A DNA stretch of 64,000 bases. Origin: Candidatus Moraniibacteriota bacterium. Its GTDB lineage: Bacteria > Patescibacteriota > Minisyncoccia > Moranbacterales > UBA1568. The position numbers were made by a program, and so were the translations under genes. Below the pieces are notes generated by a model, which saw only the letters and a program-made list of their open reading frames with translations, was not told the origin of the DNA and made no database searches. The stretch is taken from NCBI GenBank assembly GCA_016699875.1, contig CP064989.1, positions 252,326-316,325 on the forward strand, in the 5' to 3' direction. This document shows, piece after piece, positions 47,951 to 57,420 of this stretch (the stretch's first letter is position 1; every line of letters begins with the position of its first letter).

Positions 47951-48649
47951 TCATAACAACCCGACCATCTTTCTCGCTATTCCCGCATATTCGATTCTTG
48001 TCTCGGAGAATTGTTTCAAAAGTTTCCAGAATTCTGAATCGTGGTCTCGGATAAAAGGAAGCGCCTTGACCGGAGAAAGTGACCAGGAATTTCGATTCTC
48101 AAACCAGACACGGATCAGGGCTTCGTAGGCGATGCCGGCATAGTAAAACTGAACCGCCGGATTATCTTGATACTTCTCCAGTTTCTCCAACCAGCGACGA
48201 AGTTTATTTTTTCGATCCTTACAACCTGCCTGGTAAGCCACTTGAGGACCTTGATCAAAGACATGTTGTGTCCGTTCCATAGCTGCTTCAAACTTTCCTT
48301 GAGTATCATCAAAAAGAATCTTGACCGGCCAGATGGGAGCGTAGGGATTCGTAAAGACCCACCCTTCCGGTTTCGGCCATTCGTGAAAAGTAAGATCAAG
48401 TTCATGTCCATTCCAGTCAATGATCTCGCTCGGATATTTTTTCTCTCCGAACAGAAAAAGATCCCAATCGCTTGTCTCCGTCGCTGTTGTGTCCGTGCGC
48501 GACCCGGCGAGCGCAATCACATGAGGTTGATACGTTCTCCGCAAGAAAGCAATGAGTTGATGTTCCATAGTTTCGAATTCAAGTACAAAGCGCCCATTGT
48601 TGGGAATAATAGCACGGAAAGGTTCACCCAGAACCCACATTTTTTCCAC
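47951..48649 (-). CDS. Polymerase-beta-superfamily nucleotidyltransferase (ANT/KNTase-like)
   Basis: GSRTDTTATETSDWDLFLF (GS-x10-DxD) and a C-terminal helical domain. It lies between the 57-bp direct repeats. Confidence 0.6.
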   Translation of the reverse strand: MEKMWVLGEPFRAIIPNNGRFVLEFETMEHQLIAFLRRTYQPHVIALAGSRTDTTATETSDWDLFLFGEKKYPSEIIDWNGHELDLTFHEWPKPEGWVFTNPYAPIWPVKILFDDTQGKFEAAMERTQHVFDQGPQVAYQAGCKDRKNKLRRWLEKLEKYQDNPAVQFYYAGIAYEALIRVWFENRNSWSLSPVKALPFIRDHDSEFWKLLKQFSETRIEYAGIARKMVGLL

Positions 48650-48699
48650 CTACTATCAAAATCAGCCGTAAGAAAAGATTTGAGAGATACCCCTACAAT

Positions 48700-48756
48700 A
48701 CGAAAAGCCCTTCGACAGAGTGCTCGAAAGGGCTTCGTGTTCGGACTGGCGGGGAC
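48700..48756. repeat. 57-bp direct repeat, copy 2 (overlaps the 3' 10 nt of tRNA-Asp and includes its terminator hairpin)
   Basis: Identical to 47769-47825. Contains aagccctttcga...tcgaagggctt. Confidence 0.8.
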
Positions 48757-48823
48757 GACCGGGCTCGAACCGGCGACCTTCTGCGTGACAGGCAGACGCT
48801 CTAACCAACTGAGCTACGCCCCC
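48747..48823 (-). tRNA. tRNA-Asp (anticodon GUC), CCA encoded
   Basis: Reverse complement folds as gggggcg-...-tctgc-ctGTCac-gcaga-...-cgtcccc-g-CCA. Confidence 0.7.
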
Positions 48824-48845
48824 AATATAATATCTGCTTCGCGAG

Positions 48846-48919
48846 TACCAGGGGAGAGATTCGAACTCTCGACCCCGGGCTTATGAGTCCCGTGCTCTAA
48901 CCAACTGAGCTACCCTGGC
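48846..48919 (-). tRNA. tRNA-Met family (anticodon CAU); elongator versus Ile2 type is ambiguous
   Basis: Reverse complement folds as gccaggg-ta-gctc...gagc-a-cggga-ctCATaa-gcccg-...-ccctggt-a. Confidence 0.55.
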
Positions 48920-49067
48920 AAATAGTATCAGACACCGCCTCGTTCTGTCCAGACGCAGAAAAGATCGGTGAAATACCACCGTATCGACAGCCTACCAGAG
49001 AAGCAAGTTTCTTTCAAGTAAATTTCGACAATAAAAAAAGCCCTCAGAACCTTGCGGAAATGAGGAC

Positions 49068-49328
49068 TCAAAGTGAAAAATCATGAGACACTCCCAATAA
49101 CATCGCGTAGAATATCCCGAATTTGATCTTTCTTTCATCACTTAAGGAGCTCTTGTAAATAGCAGCACTTACCTCCTCAAAATAATTGCCAAATCCGCGA
49201 AACCTCCCCTGAATCGCCCGTTGCAAGATAATTACCTCTCCGATAGACAGCTCGAGTATATCGCGCAACCGATGCACAACATCAACAACGAACGCCCAGT
49301 CTGCCACACTCATTTCATACACCTCCAC
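49068..49328 (-). CDS. Small hypothetical protein
   Basis: ORF only, sitting in a tRNA-flanked spacer. Confidence 0.25.
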   Translation of the reverse strand: MEVYEMSVADWAFVVDVVHRLRDILELSIGEVIILQRAIQGRFRGFGNYFEEVSAAIYKSSLSDERKIKFGIFYAMLLGVSHDFSL

Positions 49329-49388
49329 ACAAGAAAACAGGTACTACTCCAATATCTACTCCACTCTTCGATTCTCCGCAAGAGTTGC

Positions 49389-51170
49389 TCACTCCTCCAG
49401 AAACCCTCCGGTTTGCTTGTTCCAAAGTTTCGCATAAAGACCACCATGAACAAGCAGTTCTTCGTGCTTACCCTCTTCTTCGATTTCCCCTCCGCGATTC
49501 AAGACTACGATGCGATCGAGCTTGCGAATCGTGCTCAGCCGATGCGCAATGACAACCGCCGTCTTTCCGAGCATAAGCTCATCGAGTGCCTCCTGTATCG
49601 CGTGTTCGCTCTCCGAATCAAGCGAACTCGTCGCCTCGTCCAAAACAAGAATCATAGCATCTTTCAAAATCGCACGCGCAATAGCAATCCGCTGACGTTC
49701 ACCGCCAGAGAGTTTCACGCCGCGTTCCCCAACCAGTGTGTCATATCCTTTCGGAAGCCTTGATATGAAATCATGCGCCTCGGCTTGCTTGGCGGCCGCT
49801 ACCACCTCTTCATCCGAAGCCTCCGGCCGACCATAGGCAATGTTTTCACGAATCGACCGATGAAACAACATCGGCTCCTGAGGCACATAGGCGATATGCG
49901 AGCGAAGATCGTCTTGACGAATATTACGGATATTCTGTCCGTCAACGCGAATTTCCCCATCTTGCGGATCAACAAATCGAAGAAGAAGCTTCGTCACCGT
50001 CGACTTCCCCGCGCCGGAAGGTCCGACGATTCCCACCTTCTCTCCATCTCGGATAGCGAGTGAGAAATCCGTAAACACATTCTCGCCATCGGAATATTTG
50101 AAATAAATATTTTGGAACTCAATCCGCCCTTCCTGCATCCGATCCAATTCGGGATGCTTCGGATCAAGCACATCCGGCGCCGCATCGAACACCTCTATCA
50201 TTTCATCTGCATAGGCAAGGCTCCCGGTCATTTTCGAAAATATCCGACCAACAGCAAAAAGCATTTGAGCGATAGAAGTGATGTATATTTGCACCAATAC
50301 AACCGTTCCGGTAGAAATCATTCCTGCAAGCCAGAGCCGAATTGCCCCATACATACCGCCGATTTCTAAAATACTCAGAAGACTCATCTGAACAATAAAT
50401 GTAAGATTCTGAAAATTCCACGCTCGACGACGCAACTTTTCCTCAACGTCGGTCGATTCCTCAAACTGATGTTGCTCTCGAGTACCCGATGAGAACATCT
50501 TCACGGCGAGCATATTCGAAACAACATCCGAAAGTCTCCCGACTACCACGGAATCTTGTTCTGCTACAGCCAAATCATACGGGGCCTTCTTTTTTGAAAG
50601 CCACCAAGCCGTCAGAAGATAAAGTGCTGTCCAAACAAAGAATCCCGCCCCAAGAATCGGGGAAAGAACAAGCAGCGTCGCCAATATGCCAATCAAATTA
50701 ACCAGCGTCATCCATGCCGAAAAGACCACTTGGTCAAACAAATCTTCAAACGATTTTACATATCGCTTTGCTTTGGCCACCAAACTCCCAACAAAATTCC
50801 CCGAAAAGAAATGATAGCTATGCTGCTCCAAAGCAGAGAACGTCCGATCGGACACGTGTTTCATGACACGACTCTGCACATATACGATCGCATAATCCCC
50901 TATCCGATAGAGAACTTGGTAGGTAGCAATACAAGCAATAAGCCAGTAAAAATCCTGAAGGAGACGTTCGGAAACATCGCTTCGAATATTCGCTGTGGAA
51001 ACCGTATCAATGATGTTCCGGTAGACCAGCGGGAAAATTGCATGAGATATGATCGCCGCCAGTCCATACGCGACAAACAAGAGGATCGTCAAAAACCAGT
51101 ACCCCTTAAACGAAGGCGCGTAGGACAAAAAAACTCGTTTCAATAAATTGTTCGATTTCCGTTCCGACAT
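49389..51170 (-). CDS. ABC exporter with fused permease and ATPase domains (MsbA/ABCB-type)
   Basis: 6-TM domain followed by Walker A GPSGAGKST, the signature LSGGERQRIAIARA, and Walker B ILVLDEATS. Confidence 0.85.
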   Translation of the reverse strand: MSERKSNNLLKRVFLSYAPSFKGYWFLTILLFVAYGLAAIISHAIFPLVYRNIIDTVSTANIRSDVSERLLQDFYWLIACIATYQVLYRIGDYAIVYVQSRVMKHVSDRTFSALEQHSYHFFSGNFVGSLVAKAKRYVKSFEDLFDQVVFSAWMTLVNLIGILATLLVLSPILGAGFFVWTALYLLTAWWLSKKKAPYDLAVAEQDSVVVGRLSDVVSNMLAVKMFSSGTREQHQFEESTDVEEKLRRRAWNFQNLTFIVQMSLLSILEIGGMYGAIRLWLAGMISTGTVVLVQIYITSIAQMLFAVGRIFSKMTGSLAYADEMIEVFDAAPDVLDPKHPELDRMQEGRIEFQNIYFKYSDGENVFTDFSLAIRDGEKVGIVGPSGAGKSTVTKLLLRFVDPQDGEIRVDGQNIRNIRQDDLRSHIAYVPQEPMLFHRSIRENIAYGRPEASDEEVVAAAKQAEAHDFISRLPKGYDTLVGERGVKLSGGERQRIAIARAILKDAMILVLDEATSSLDSESEHAIQEALDELMLGKTAVVIAHRLSTIRKLDRIVVLNRGGEIEEEGKHEELLVHGGLYAKLWNKQTGGFLEE

Positions 51171-51245
51171 ACCCCGAATATAAACACAACTTTTTCAGAT
51201 GAAATATCCCCATCAAAAGACGGGGATATTCCGAAAACTCATTTT

Positions 51246-51320
<75 letters not shown>

Positions 51321-51375
51321 GCAATGTCGCGACAGTATTTTCGATAGTACAAGAATCCCCCTCAAACGTCAATCG

Positions 51376-51449
51376 GTGGGCGTGCCAAGACTCGAACTTG
51401 GGACCTCGACATTATCAGTGTCGCGCTCTAACCACCTGAGCTACACGCC
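51376..51449 (-). tRNA. tRNA-Ile (anticodon GAU)
   Basis: Reverse complement folds as gggcgtg-ta-gctc-aggtggtta-gagc-g-cgaca-ctGATaa-tgtcg-aggtc-ccaag-ttcgagt-cttgg-cacgccc-a. Confidence 0.7.
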
Positions 51450-51546
51450 CGAAAACCAACAGCACGCCGGACATCATCCGACTCTCCGTAGCATCCTATC
51501 AAAAAGACCCGAGGAGCGCAAGATTCCTCGGAATATACGCCGAATG

Positions 51547-52218
51547 TCAACATTCCAATAAATGACCATTTTCTTTGAGCCACTGCCGCTCACGAGCAAA
51601 CCCTGGGCATATTTCTGTAACAACATGCCAAAATTTTTTCGAATGATTCGGATGTACGAGATGCGCCAATTCATGCGCCACCACATAGTCGATAACCGAG
51701 AGAGGCGCCATAACGAGCCGAAACGTGAAATTAAGATTCCCCTTTCCGCTGCATGATCCCCAGCGCGTCCGCGCGGCATTTATACGAATAGACCCGTAGA
51801 CGAGCCCGTGCTTTCGAGCATAAAAGGCAACTCGCTCAGTAAGCACCTTTTTCGCCTCTCGCCTATACCAGGAGCGGAATCGACCATTCGCTTGATTCAA
51901 AAATCGCGAAAGAAGCACAAATTCACCACCCATAAAATCCACTGACAATTTCCCGGACTCTGATATTCGAAGCGGATACTGTTCCCCAAGGTACCGGAAC
52001 AGTTCCCCATCAACGTACCTTCGTGTTTTCCGGGAAGCCAGTGCCCGCATACGATCCACAGCCCGACGAACCCACTCCTCATGACAATCGACAAATGCTC
52101 CAACAAACTCCGCCGATATCCGAAACGGTACGCGCACTACAACAGTCGCATCCGGTTTTACAACCAGTGATACGCTCTTGCGCTTTGAACGAACCAGCGT
52201 ATAAGGAAATTCCGACAT
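51547..52218 (-). CDS. YgjP/DUF45-like (WLM/SprT-type) zinc metallopeptidase
   Basis: HELAHLVHPNH (HExxH plus a downstream His) at the C-terminus. Start set at the internal Met (MSEFPY). Confidence 0.6.
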   Translation of the reverse strand: MSEFPYTLVRSKRKSVSLVVKPDATVVVRVPFRISAEFVGAFVDCHEEWVRRAVDRMRALASRKTRRYVDGELFRYLGEQYPLRISESGKLSVDFMGGEFVLLSRFLNQANGRFRSWYRREAKKVLTERVAFYARKHGLVYGSIRINAARTRWGSCSGKGNLNFTFRLVMAPLSVIDYVVAHELAHLVHPNHSKKFWHVVTEICPGFARERQWLKENGHLLEC

Positions 52219-52333
52219 ATATCTTGAGGGACGGAAACGAACGTTCAGTAGAACGTATAATACCGCGAAACACAAAACGTCGCCATGTTATGCTGGCGAC
52301 GTTCACTTGTTTCTCCGGAAAACACGAACGATA

Positions 52334-53158
52334 TCAGTTGCAACGATCAAAAGCCGGGAGATGTTTCTCTTGCGATGCATTCATAAGATTCGTGAAGACA
52401 CTGGTAATATCCGGATACTCAGTCACCGCCGGAAGCAATTTCTCTCGGTAGAGCGCCGCATTGGCGATTTCAGCATCAACACCCGTCTGACAAGCCGTTG
52501 TAATACTGTCCGGAGCCGTCACTTTCCCAGTCCACGGATCCGCCGGCACAGCGATGCCATACTTATCAAGAAGCGCTTTGAGCGAGGAAATGTGCTGCTC
52601 TTCTGCGCGGATAATCATCGAAAAAGGTCGGATAGAACCGAATTTTCCAATAACTGCTTCATATGTCGCGTGCGCCTTGTACTCATCATCAATCGCCAAA
52701 AATATCGCTTGCTTCGCCTGATCCGAAAGAGTTCCCGCCGGATACTCAAGTCCGTCAACCGCAAGGCACTCATCCGCCACACACTCATTCTTCCCGAGCG
52801 CGCGACCTCCCTGACCATTCATCATTCCCGCACCCTGTCCCAAGCCCTGGTTTTGCCCCTGACCTTGCCCGCCATTTTGTTGCATTCCTCCCTGCGATCC
52901 ACGATTTTGATTCTGCCCTCCCGCACCATTAAATTCACCATTGCGATTGCGCCCGTCATCATTCCAACGGTTGCGAGCGCCATAACCACTCCCACCACCA
53001 TCACGAAACATACTGCCGCGACCACTGTCGAAATCCGCCCGACCGGCAACCTTGCCGACAGCATACCCCGCTACTCCTCCAAGAACCAACACGCCGACAC
53101 CTACGGCAACCATCTTTCGCATCGGAGTCATTGCTCCGAGCATCTTTGAAATCTCCAT
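52334..53158 (-). CDS. Membrane-anchored protein with a Gly/Asn/Gln-rich low-complexity linker and a ferritin-like (DUF2202-like) C-terminal domain
   Basis: TM anchor (VAVGVGVLVLGGVAGYAV), a GGQNQNRGSQGGMQQNGGQGQGQNQGLGQG linker, and C-terminal DDEYKAHATYEAV...RAEEQHISSLKALLDKYG. The listed ORF extends through tRNA-Ala, so I trimmed it to the Met at 53158. Confidence 0.4.
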   Translation of the reverse strand: MEISKMLGAMTPMRKMVAVGVGVLVLGGVAGYAVGKVAGRADFDSGRGSMFRDGGGSGYGARNRWNDDGRNRNGEFNGAGGQNQNRGSQGGMQQNGGQGQGQNQGLGQGAGMMNGQGGRALGKNECVADECLAVDGLEYPAGTLSDQAKQAIFLAIDDEYKAHATYEAVIGKFGSIRPFSMIIRAEEQHISSLKALLDKYGIAVPADPWTGKVTAPDSITTACQTGVDAEIANAALYREKLLPAVTEYPDITSVFTNLMNASQEKHLPAFDRCN

Positions 53159-53240
53159 ATATCCGAAATTTACAAAATTAACGAAAAACATTCCCCCACG
53201 TATATAGTATACTACGAACCAAAACTCTTCTGTTTGCAAC

Positions 53241-53266
53241 AAAAAACAACCCGGAAAGGGTTGTCC
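53241..53266 (-). terminator. Intrinsic terminator downstream of tRNA-Ala
   Basis: caaccc/gggttg stem followed by TTTTTTG on the minus strand. Confidence 0.5.
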
Positions 53267-53270
53267 CGTG

Positions 53271-53343
53271 TGGACTGTAGGAGATTCGAACTCCTGACCC
53301 CCGCATTGCAAATGCGGTGCTCTACCAACTGAGCTAACAGCCC
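53271..53343 (-). tRNA. tRNA-Ala (anticodon UGC)
   Basis: Reverse complement folds as gggctgt-ta-gctc...ccgca-ttTGCaa-tgcgg-...-acagtcc-a, with the G3-U70 identity pair. Confidence 0.7.
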
Positions 53344-53582
53344 AAAAACACTTGGATCGCAGAAGTAAGACTCTGCCAGCAAAAGTGCCTCCATTGTAAG
53401 GAAGAATATGGAATTTGTCCAACGAAACACCACCCTGGCAACAAATTTCAGGGTGGTATTTCTTGAGAGAGTGCGCCTCCCATTTCGGGAGAAAGGGCGG
53501 AGATCTCCGTCCCTCTTTGATTGAGACTCGTCCGAAAAGGACAGAGCTATGAGGGTGACAAATTGTGTTTTTGTGTTGGTGT

Positions 53583-54419
53583 TTACATAGGCGTTATGTT
53601 TCGTGAAGAAGACAATCGAGGTCGATGAAGGAACAATCGGAGCACAATAGCAGCAGCAATCCCTTCGAGGCATCCGATACACACCAGAGTCGCCACTACC
53701 AAAGTGTGAATCGAGATATCAGGCAACAGGAATACGGAGAGAAAGACAGATAAAGCTCCCACTCTGGCTCCTTGGGTTTCCGCAGAAGCGCCTGGAACAT
53801 CCCTACCCTCGGAAGCACTATTCACTTGCTCGTGAGCAGATGATACCCCGGAGACCATCGGAGCGACCGGAGCATCGACCGAAAGAGACTTCCACGGAGC
53901 CGTATCGGCAACCGACTCACCAAATCGAGTCCCGAAGAGTTCCACCGTGAGGACCGTCGTTTTCCCCTTCCAGGGAATCTCAGCAACAGCAATACCAGTC
54001 TCGACATATTTCGGAGAGAGGATATTCTCTCGATGCTTCTCGCTCGCCATCCATGCAAACTCTTCATCCTTTGCATCCGTAAAATGAATCGCAAGATTCT
54101 CCCCGGCATAACGATACGCATAACCCGCTTTTTCAAAGAAGGACCAGGGTGTCGTGCCATCCGGCGCCGTGTGAGCAAAATAATCCTTTGCTACCATATC
54201 CATCGCCTTAGCCTCCGCCGCTCGAGAAAGCACAGGATCGATTCGAAGTGCTGGCAAACCAACTGACAGACGATCCTGATTCACCCAGTCGGCAACATCC
54301 TGCGAAGAAAACGTGCCCGCTAGAGCGATATGTGTTGGCACAAAGAAAACCAGAGTAAAAAGCGCTTTTCTCGTACAGAAGGTTACAAATTGGGTAGTGG
54401 AGTGCTTCATATAATTCAA
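53583..54419 (-). CDS. CAP/SCP (PR-1-like, YkwD-type) domain protein, secreted, with a C-terminal TM anchor
   Basis: YFAHTAPDGTTPWSF...GENLA CAP motifs, an N-terminal signal and a C-terminal hydrophobic helix. Confidence 0.6.
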   Translation of the reverse strand: MNYMKHSTTQFVTFCTRKALFTLVFFVPTHIALAGTFSSQDVADWVNQDRLSVGLPALRIDPVLSRAAEAKAMDMVAKDYFAHTAPDGTTPWSFFEKAGYAYRYAGENLAIHFTDAKDEEFAWMASEKHRENILSPKYVETGIAVAEIPWKGKTTVLTVELFGTRFGESVADTAPWKSLSVDAPVAPMVSGVSSAHEQVNSASEGRDVPGASAETQGARVGALSVFLSVFLLPDISIHTLVVATLVCIGCLEGIAAAIVLRLFLHRPRLSSSRNITPM

Positions 54420-54580
54420 AAAATGAGAAAACGGGCTTTGTTCACCCGTTTTCTCATTGATTACACTCCAATTATAACCCAGAAAATAGAGATTGTCAAA
54501 CCATTCATGGAAAATCGCGCCTCCTCACCGCGACTTTCCCCCTCTCCAGATTCCGTGTCACAGACAACATACGATCATAT

Positions 54581-54901
54581 CTATTGCCCAAAAAACACAT
54601 CGCGGAAATGTTCCGGTGGTCTCTCATGTTCCATCACGCGAGCATCGATCATACCAAGCACGGCATCGAATCGATTCTGCTGAAACTTCACCTGCTTATT
54701 TTTGGAAAGTCGGTACGCCTGCTCCTCATCCGAACTCCAGTGAAATGCATAGAGGCTGCGATACCACGAAAAAACACCCAAACCGGAAACAGCAAGAAAG
54801 AGCACGAGAAACACCGTGGAATTCCATTTCTTCCACCACAACCCCGCTACGCCCAGCGCCTTCGAAAAGGAGAATTTTTTCGGAAAAGAAAGAGGAGACA
54901 T
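54581..54901 (-). CDS. Small bitopic membrane protein at the end of the pilus cluster (PilP-like?)
   Basis: Single TM helix. Located directly downstream of the pilO-like gene. Confidence 0.3.
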   Translation of the reverse strand: MSPLSFPKKFSFSKALGVAGLWWKKWNSTVFLVLFLAVSGLGVFSWYRSLYAFHWSSDEEQAYRLSKNKQVKFQQNRFDAVLGMIDARVMEHERPPEHFRDVFFGQ

Positions 54902-54919
54902 AAAAGAGATGTGAGTGAA

Positions 54920-55702
54920 TCAGGGCGCTGTATAAATAACCGTCAAAAAAGATGCGGTCACATCTGTAGCATTCTCCGGAGAGTCAGCCGAAGCATCTGG
55001 TAATTCCCCTGCCACCACGGTCGAATTTGAAAATGGATTCAGAGAAACACGGGGCACAGAAGAAGCTGGCACCGATCTGGCTGCCTCATCCTTGACCGGA
55101 ACAGGTGAAATATCAAAAGAGAGTACATCGAGCAAAGTGGGCATGGTATCCAATTTCTGAAGAAACGCAAGCACATGATCATATGTGCCCGTCACCTTGA
55201 ACGTAACAAAAATTGATCGATCTGCCGGCAAGAGTAACGACAATGCTTTGTCATCCGATCCCTCTTCTGTTGGAGTCGCTGCGGTTGCCTCATCGCCTTT
55301 CGAAGTATTCCTCTCGGTAACAATCTTCTTTGTTGCCGAAGGAGCAGTTCGAGGAGCTTCCGAAGCTTCCGACACAACCGTTACATTCAGGTCTTTCCCG
55401 ATAGCCTCCAGAGACTCGACCAGTGAAACAATACGGCTCTTCGGCAAGAAAACATCCAATTTTCCATCCGACGCTTGGATATGCTCCCAGGTATCGCGCA
55501 TACCGGCAATACCTTGCGATTGCTCTTCAAGCATTTTTCTATCGACAATCGCCTTTTGGATCGATTCCATTTTCTCATGATTGTTCCCCATAATGCGAAC
55601 AATACCGAAATACACCAATGCAGCCAAGAAACCGGCCATGCCAAGCAGCACAATAACTTCTCTGAATTGTTTCCAAAAAATCAACATACTGAAAATACTC
55701 AC
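54920..55702 (-). CDS. pilO: PilO-like type IV pilus assembly protein
   Basis: N-terminal TM helix and a coiled coil. Position after pilM-pilN. Confidence 0.45.
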   Translation of the reverse strand: MSIFSMLIFWKQFREVIVLLGMAGFLAALVYFGIVRIMGNNHEKMESIQKAIVDRKMLEEQSQGIAGMRDTWEHIQASDGKLDVFLPKSRIVSLVESLEAIGKDLNVTVVSEASEAPRTAPSATKKIVTERNTSKGDEATAATPTEEGSDDKALSLLLPADRSIFVTFKVTGTYDHVLAFLQKLDTMPTLLDVLSFDISPVPVKDEAARSVPASSVPRVSLNPFSNSTVVAGELPDASADSPENATDVTASFLTVIYTAP

Positions 55703-55716
55703 GAGAAGCGCTCTAG

Positions 55717-56292
55717 TTATTGATTATCCTCTCCACTTACAAGACACGATTTCAGCACGGTAGCACTCAGTTGGAAGTCGATATTTTCCTTCACGAGCTT
55801 ATCCGAAAGCGGCACAGAAGCATCCGAAAAACAATCTGAATCATTGACGGAATTTTCGAGAGCAAGCAATGCCTCACGACTCGGCGCTGTGCCACTAGCC
55901 GAAAAGAAAAGATCATTTCCGACAGCTATCTTCGAATACAGCACTCCAGAAGGCGTCGCGGTATCAAGAGCGCGAAAGAGAGGCTTCCAAGAAATATGTC
56001 CCGCAAGAAGCCGGGAAATCTCTGAAACCCGCTTATTGGTATCTTGAAAGGACTGTTCATAGGACTCAATCTCTCTTTGTCCCGAAACAGCCGAAGCGCC
56101 GTCGGAAGACAGAAGCCCTTGCATTGATGAGAGCTGCGATGACAATAACGCCGAAATACCGAGAAGCGAGCAACAATAGAAAAATCCCAGAAAAATAATA
56201 ACCGACCCATGAGCAACAATCATGCGAAAGCGCGTCTGCCTCCGCATTTCAATTTTTTTCTCAACTGGAAGAAGGTTAAGCAGGATTTTCAT
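55717..56292 (-). CDS. pilN: PilN-like type IV pilus assembly protein
   Basis: MKILLNLLPVEKK is the INLLP motif, followed by a TM helix. Start set at the internal Met. Confidence 0.55.
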   Translation of the reverse strand: MKILLNLLPVEKKIEMRRQTRFRMIVAHGSVIIFLGFFYCCSLLGISALLSSQLSSMQGLLSSDGASAVSGQREIESYEQSFQDTNKRVSEISRLLAGHISWKPLFRALDTATPSGVLYSKIAVGNDLFFSASGTAPSREALLALENSVNDSDCFSDASVPLSDKLVKENIDFQLSATVLKSCLVSGEDNQ

Positions 56293-57370
56293 AGTTTCGT
56301 ATGCCTCGAAGCGCGAGTCCAAGTGCCGTCGAATATTGCACCGACTGTTTCTTATTAATGACAGGGATGGATTTTCCAATATGGAGATTCACCCAAGGAT
56401 TGCCGAACTCAACCGGCTTCCCCATTTTCCGAGCGAGATAAGGAAGAATGCCTCGCATATTGGAACCGCCGCCACACAAAACCACCTTGTCCACTGCTGA
56501 AGAATATTTAAGCGTGTTGAGATAGAAATCTACCGATCGTTCCATTTCCGCAGTAAGACTCGAAAGTACCGGCTCCACCATACGGAAGAGCGGATCTCCC
56601 TTTGTCTGAGATCCGATGCCTTCTGCGATTTTAATCCGTTCTGCTTCCTCAAACGGCACTTTCATGCTCTTTGAAATAGAATCGGTAAACATCTGAGAAG
56701 AAAGCGGGATACTTGAAGTGAACACCGGAATATTTCCAAGTGCAATCAGAAAACTTGTCCGCCGGTCGCCGATATCGATAATGAGCGTCGTCACATCGCT
56801 TTCCTCCTCGGGCAATAAAATACGCGCCTGCGCGATGGATTCCGTCTCAAATCCAACTACCTCGAGCCCTGCGGATTCGAGTGCTCCCACAAATTGGTCT
56901 ACCACTGAACGAGCCACTGCCACTACCAAGACACTCATCTTTCCCTGCTCCCGCGTGATATTCCTATCGAGAAGTTGATAATCGTAATACACCTGGTCAA
57001 GTGTAAGTGGAATATTTGCCTCAATTTCCCATTTAATCGCTTCCTCCACCTCGCTCGCATCCATCTTCGGTAGACTCACAATACGCAAAAAAGCCTTTGT
57101 CTCAGGCAGAGAACAAAAGACTCTTCGGGAGTGAATTTTACCCGGACCGGCTGTCTTGAGAAGCGTCTTTACACCCGAAACTACTGCTTCTTCTTTAAGA
57201 ATTTTCCCATCTGACACTGATTCAAACGGGAGATTAACCGCACCGTAACTCACGATTTTGTCGCGCTCACCCTCTTCGTCAAGAAACACCGCCTTGAGAG
57301 AGAGGTCGCTCAAATCCAATCCGAACGGTCGCGGCGTCAGTCGAAAGATATTTCTGTTCCAGAGAGACAT
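56276..57370 (-). CDS. pilM: Type IV pilus assembly ATPase-like protein PilM
   Basis: Actin-like fold sequence (FGLDLSDLSLKAVFL...VLCGGGSNMRGI). Confidence 0.75.
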   Translation of the reverse strand: MSLWNRNIFRLTPRPFGLDLSDLSLKAVFLDEEGERDKIVSYGAVNLPFESVSDGKILKEEAVVSGVKTLLKTAGPGKIHSRRVFCSLPETKAFLRIVSLPKMDASEVEEAIKWEIEANIPLTLDQVYYDYQLLDRNITREQGKMSVLVVAVARSVVDQFVGALESAGLEVVGFETESIAQARILLPEEESDVTTLIIDIGDRRTSFLIALGNIPVFTSSIPLSSQMFTDSISKSMKVPFEEAERIKIAEGIGSQTKGDPLFRMVEPVLSSLTAEMERSVDFYLNTLKYSSAVDKVVLCGGGSNMRGILPYLARKMGKPVEFGNPWVNLHIGKSIPVINKKQSVQYSTALGLALRGIRNYENPA

Positions 57371-57420
57371 TTCGTTTGATTTTGTTTTTGACAGAGCCTC
57401 GAAAAGTTTCTTTCATTTTA

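Noticed and set aside
53159-53422. Extension of the 52334.. ORF across tRNA-Ala
   Set aside because: This region contains a well-folded tRNA-Ala with G3-U70 and an intrinsic terminator. A CDS cannot plausibly span them.
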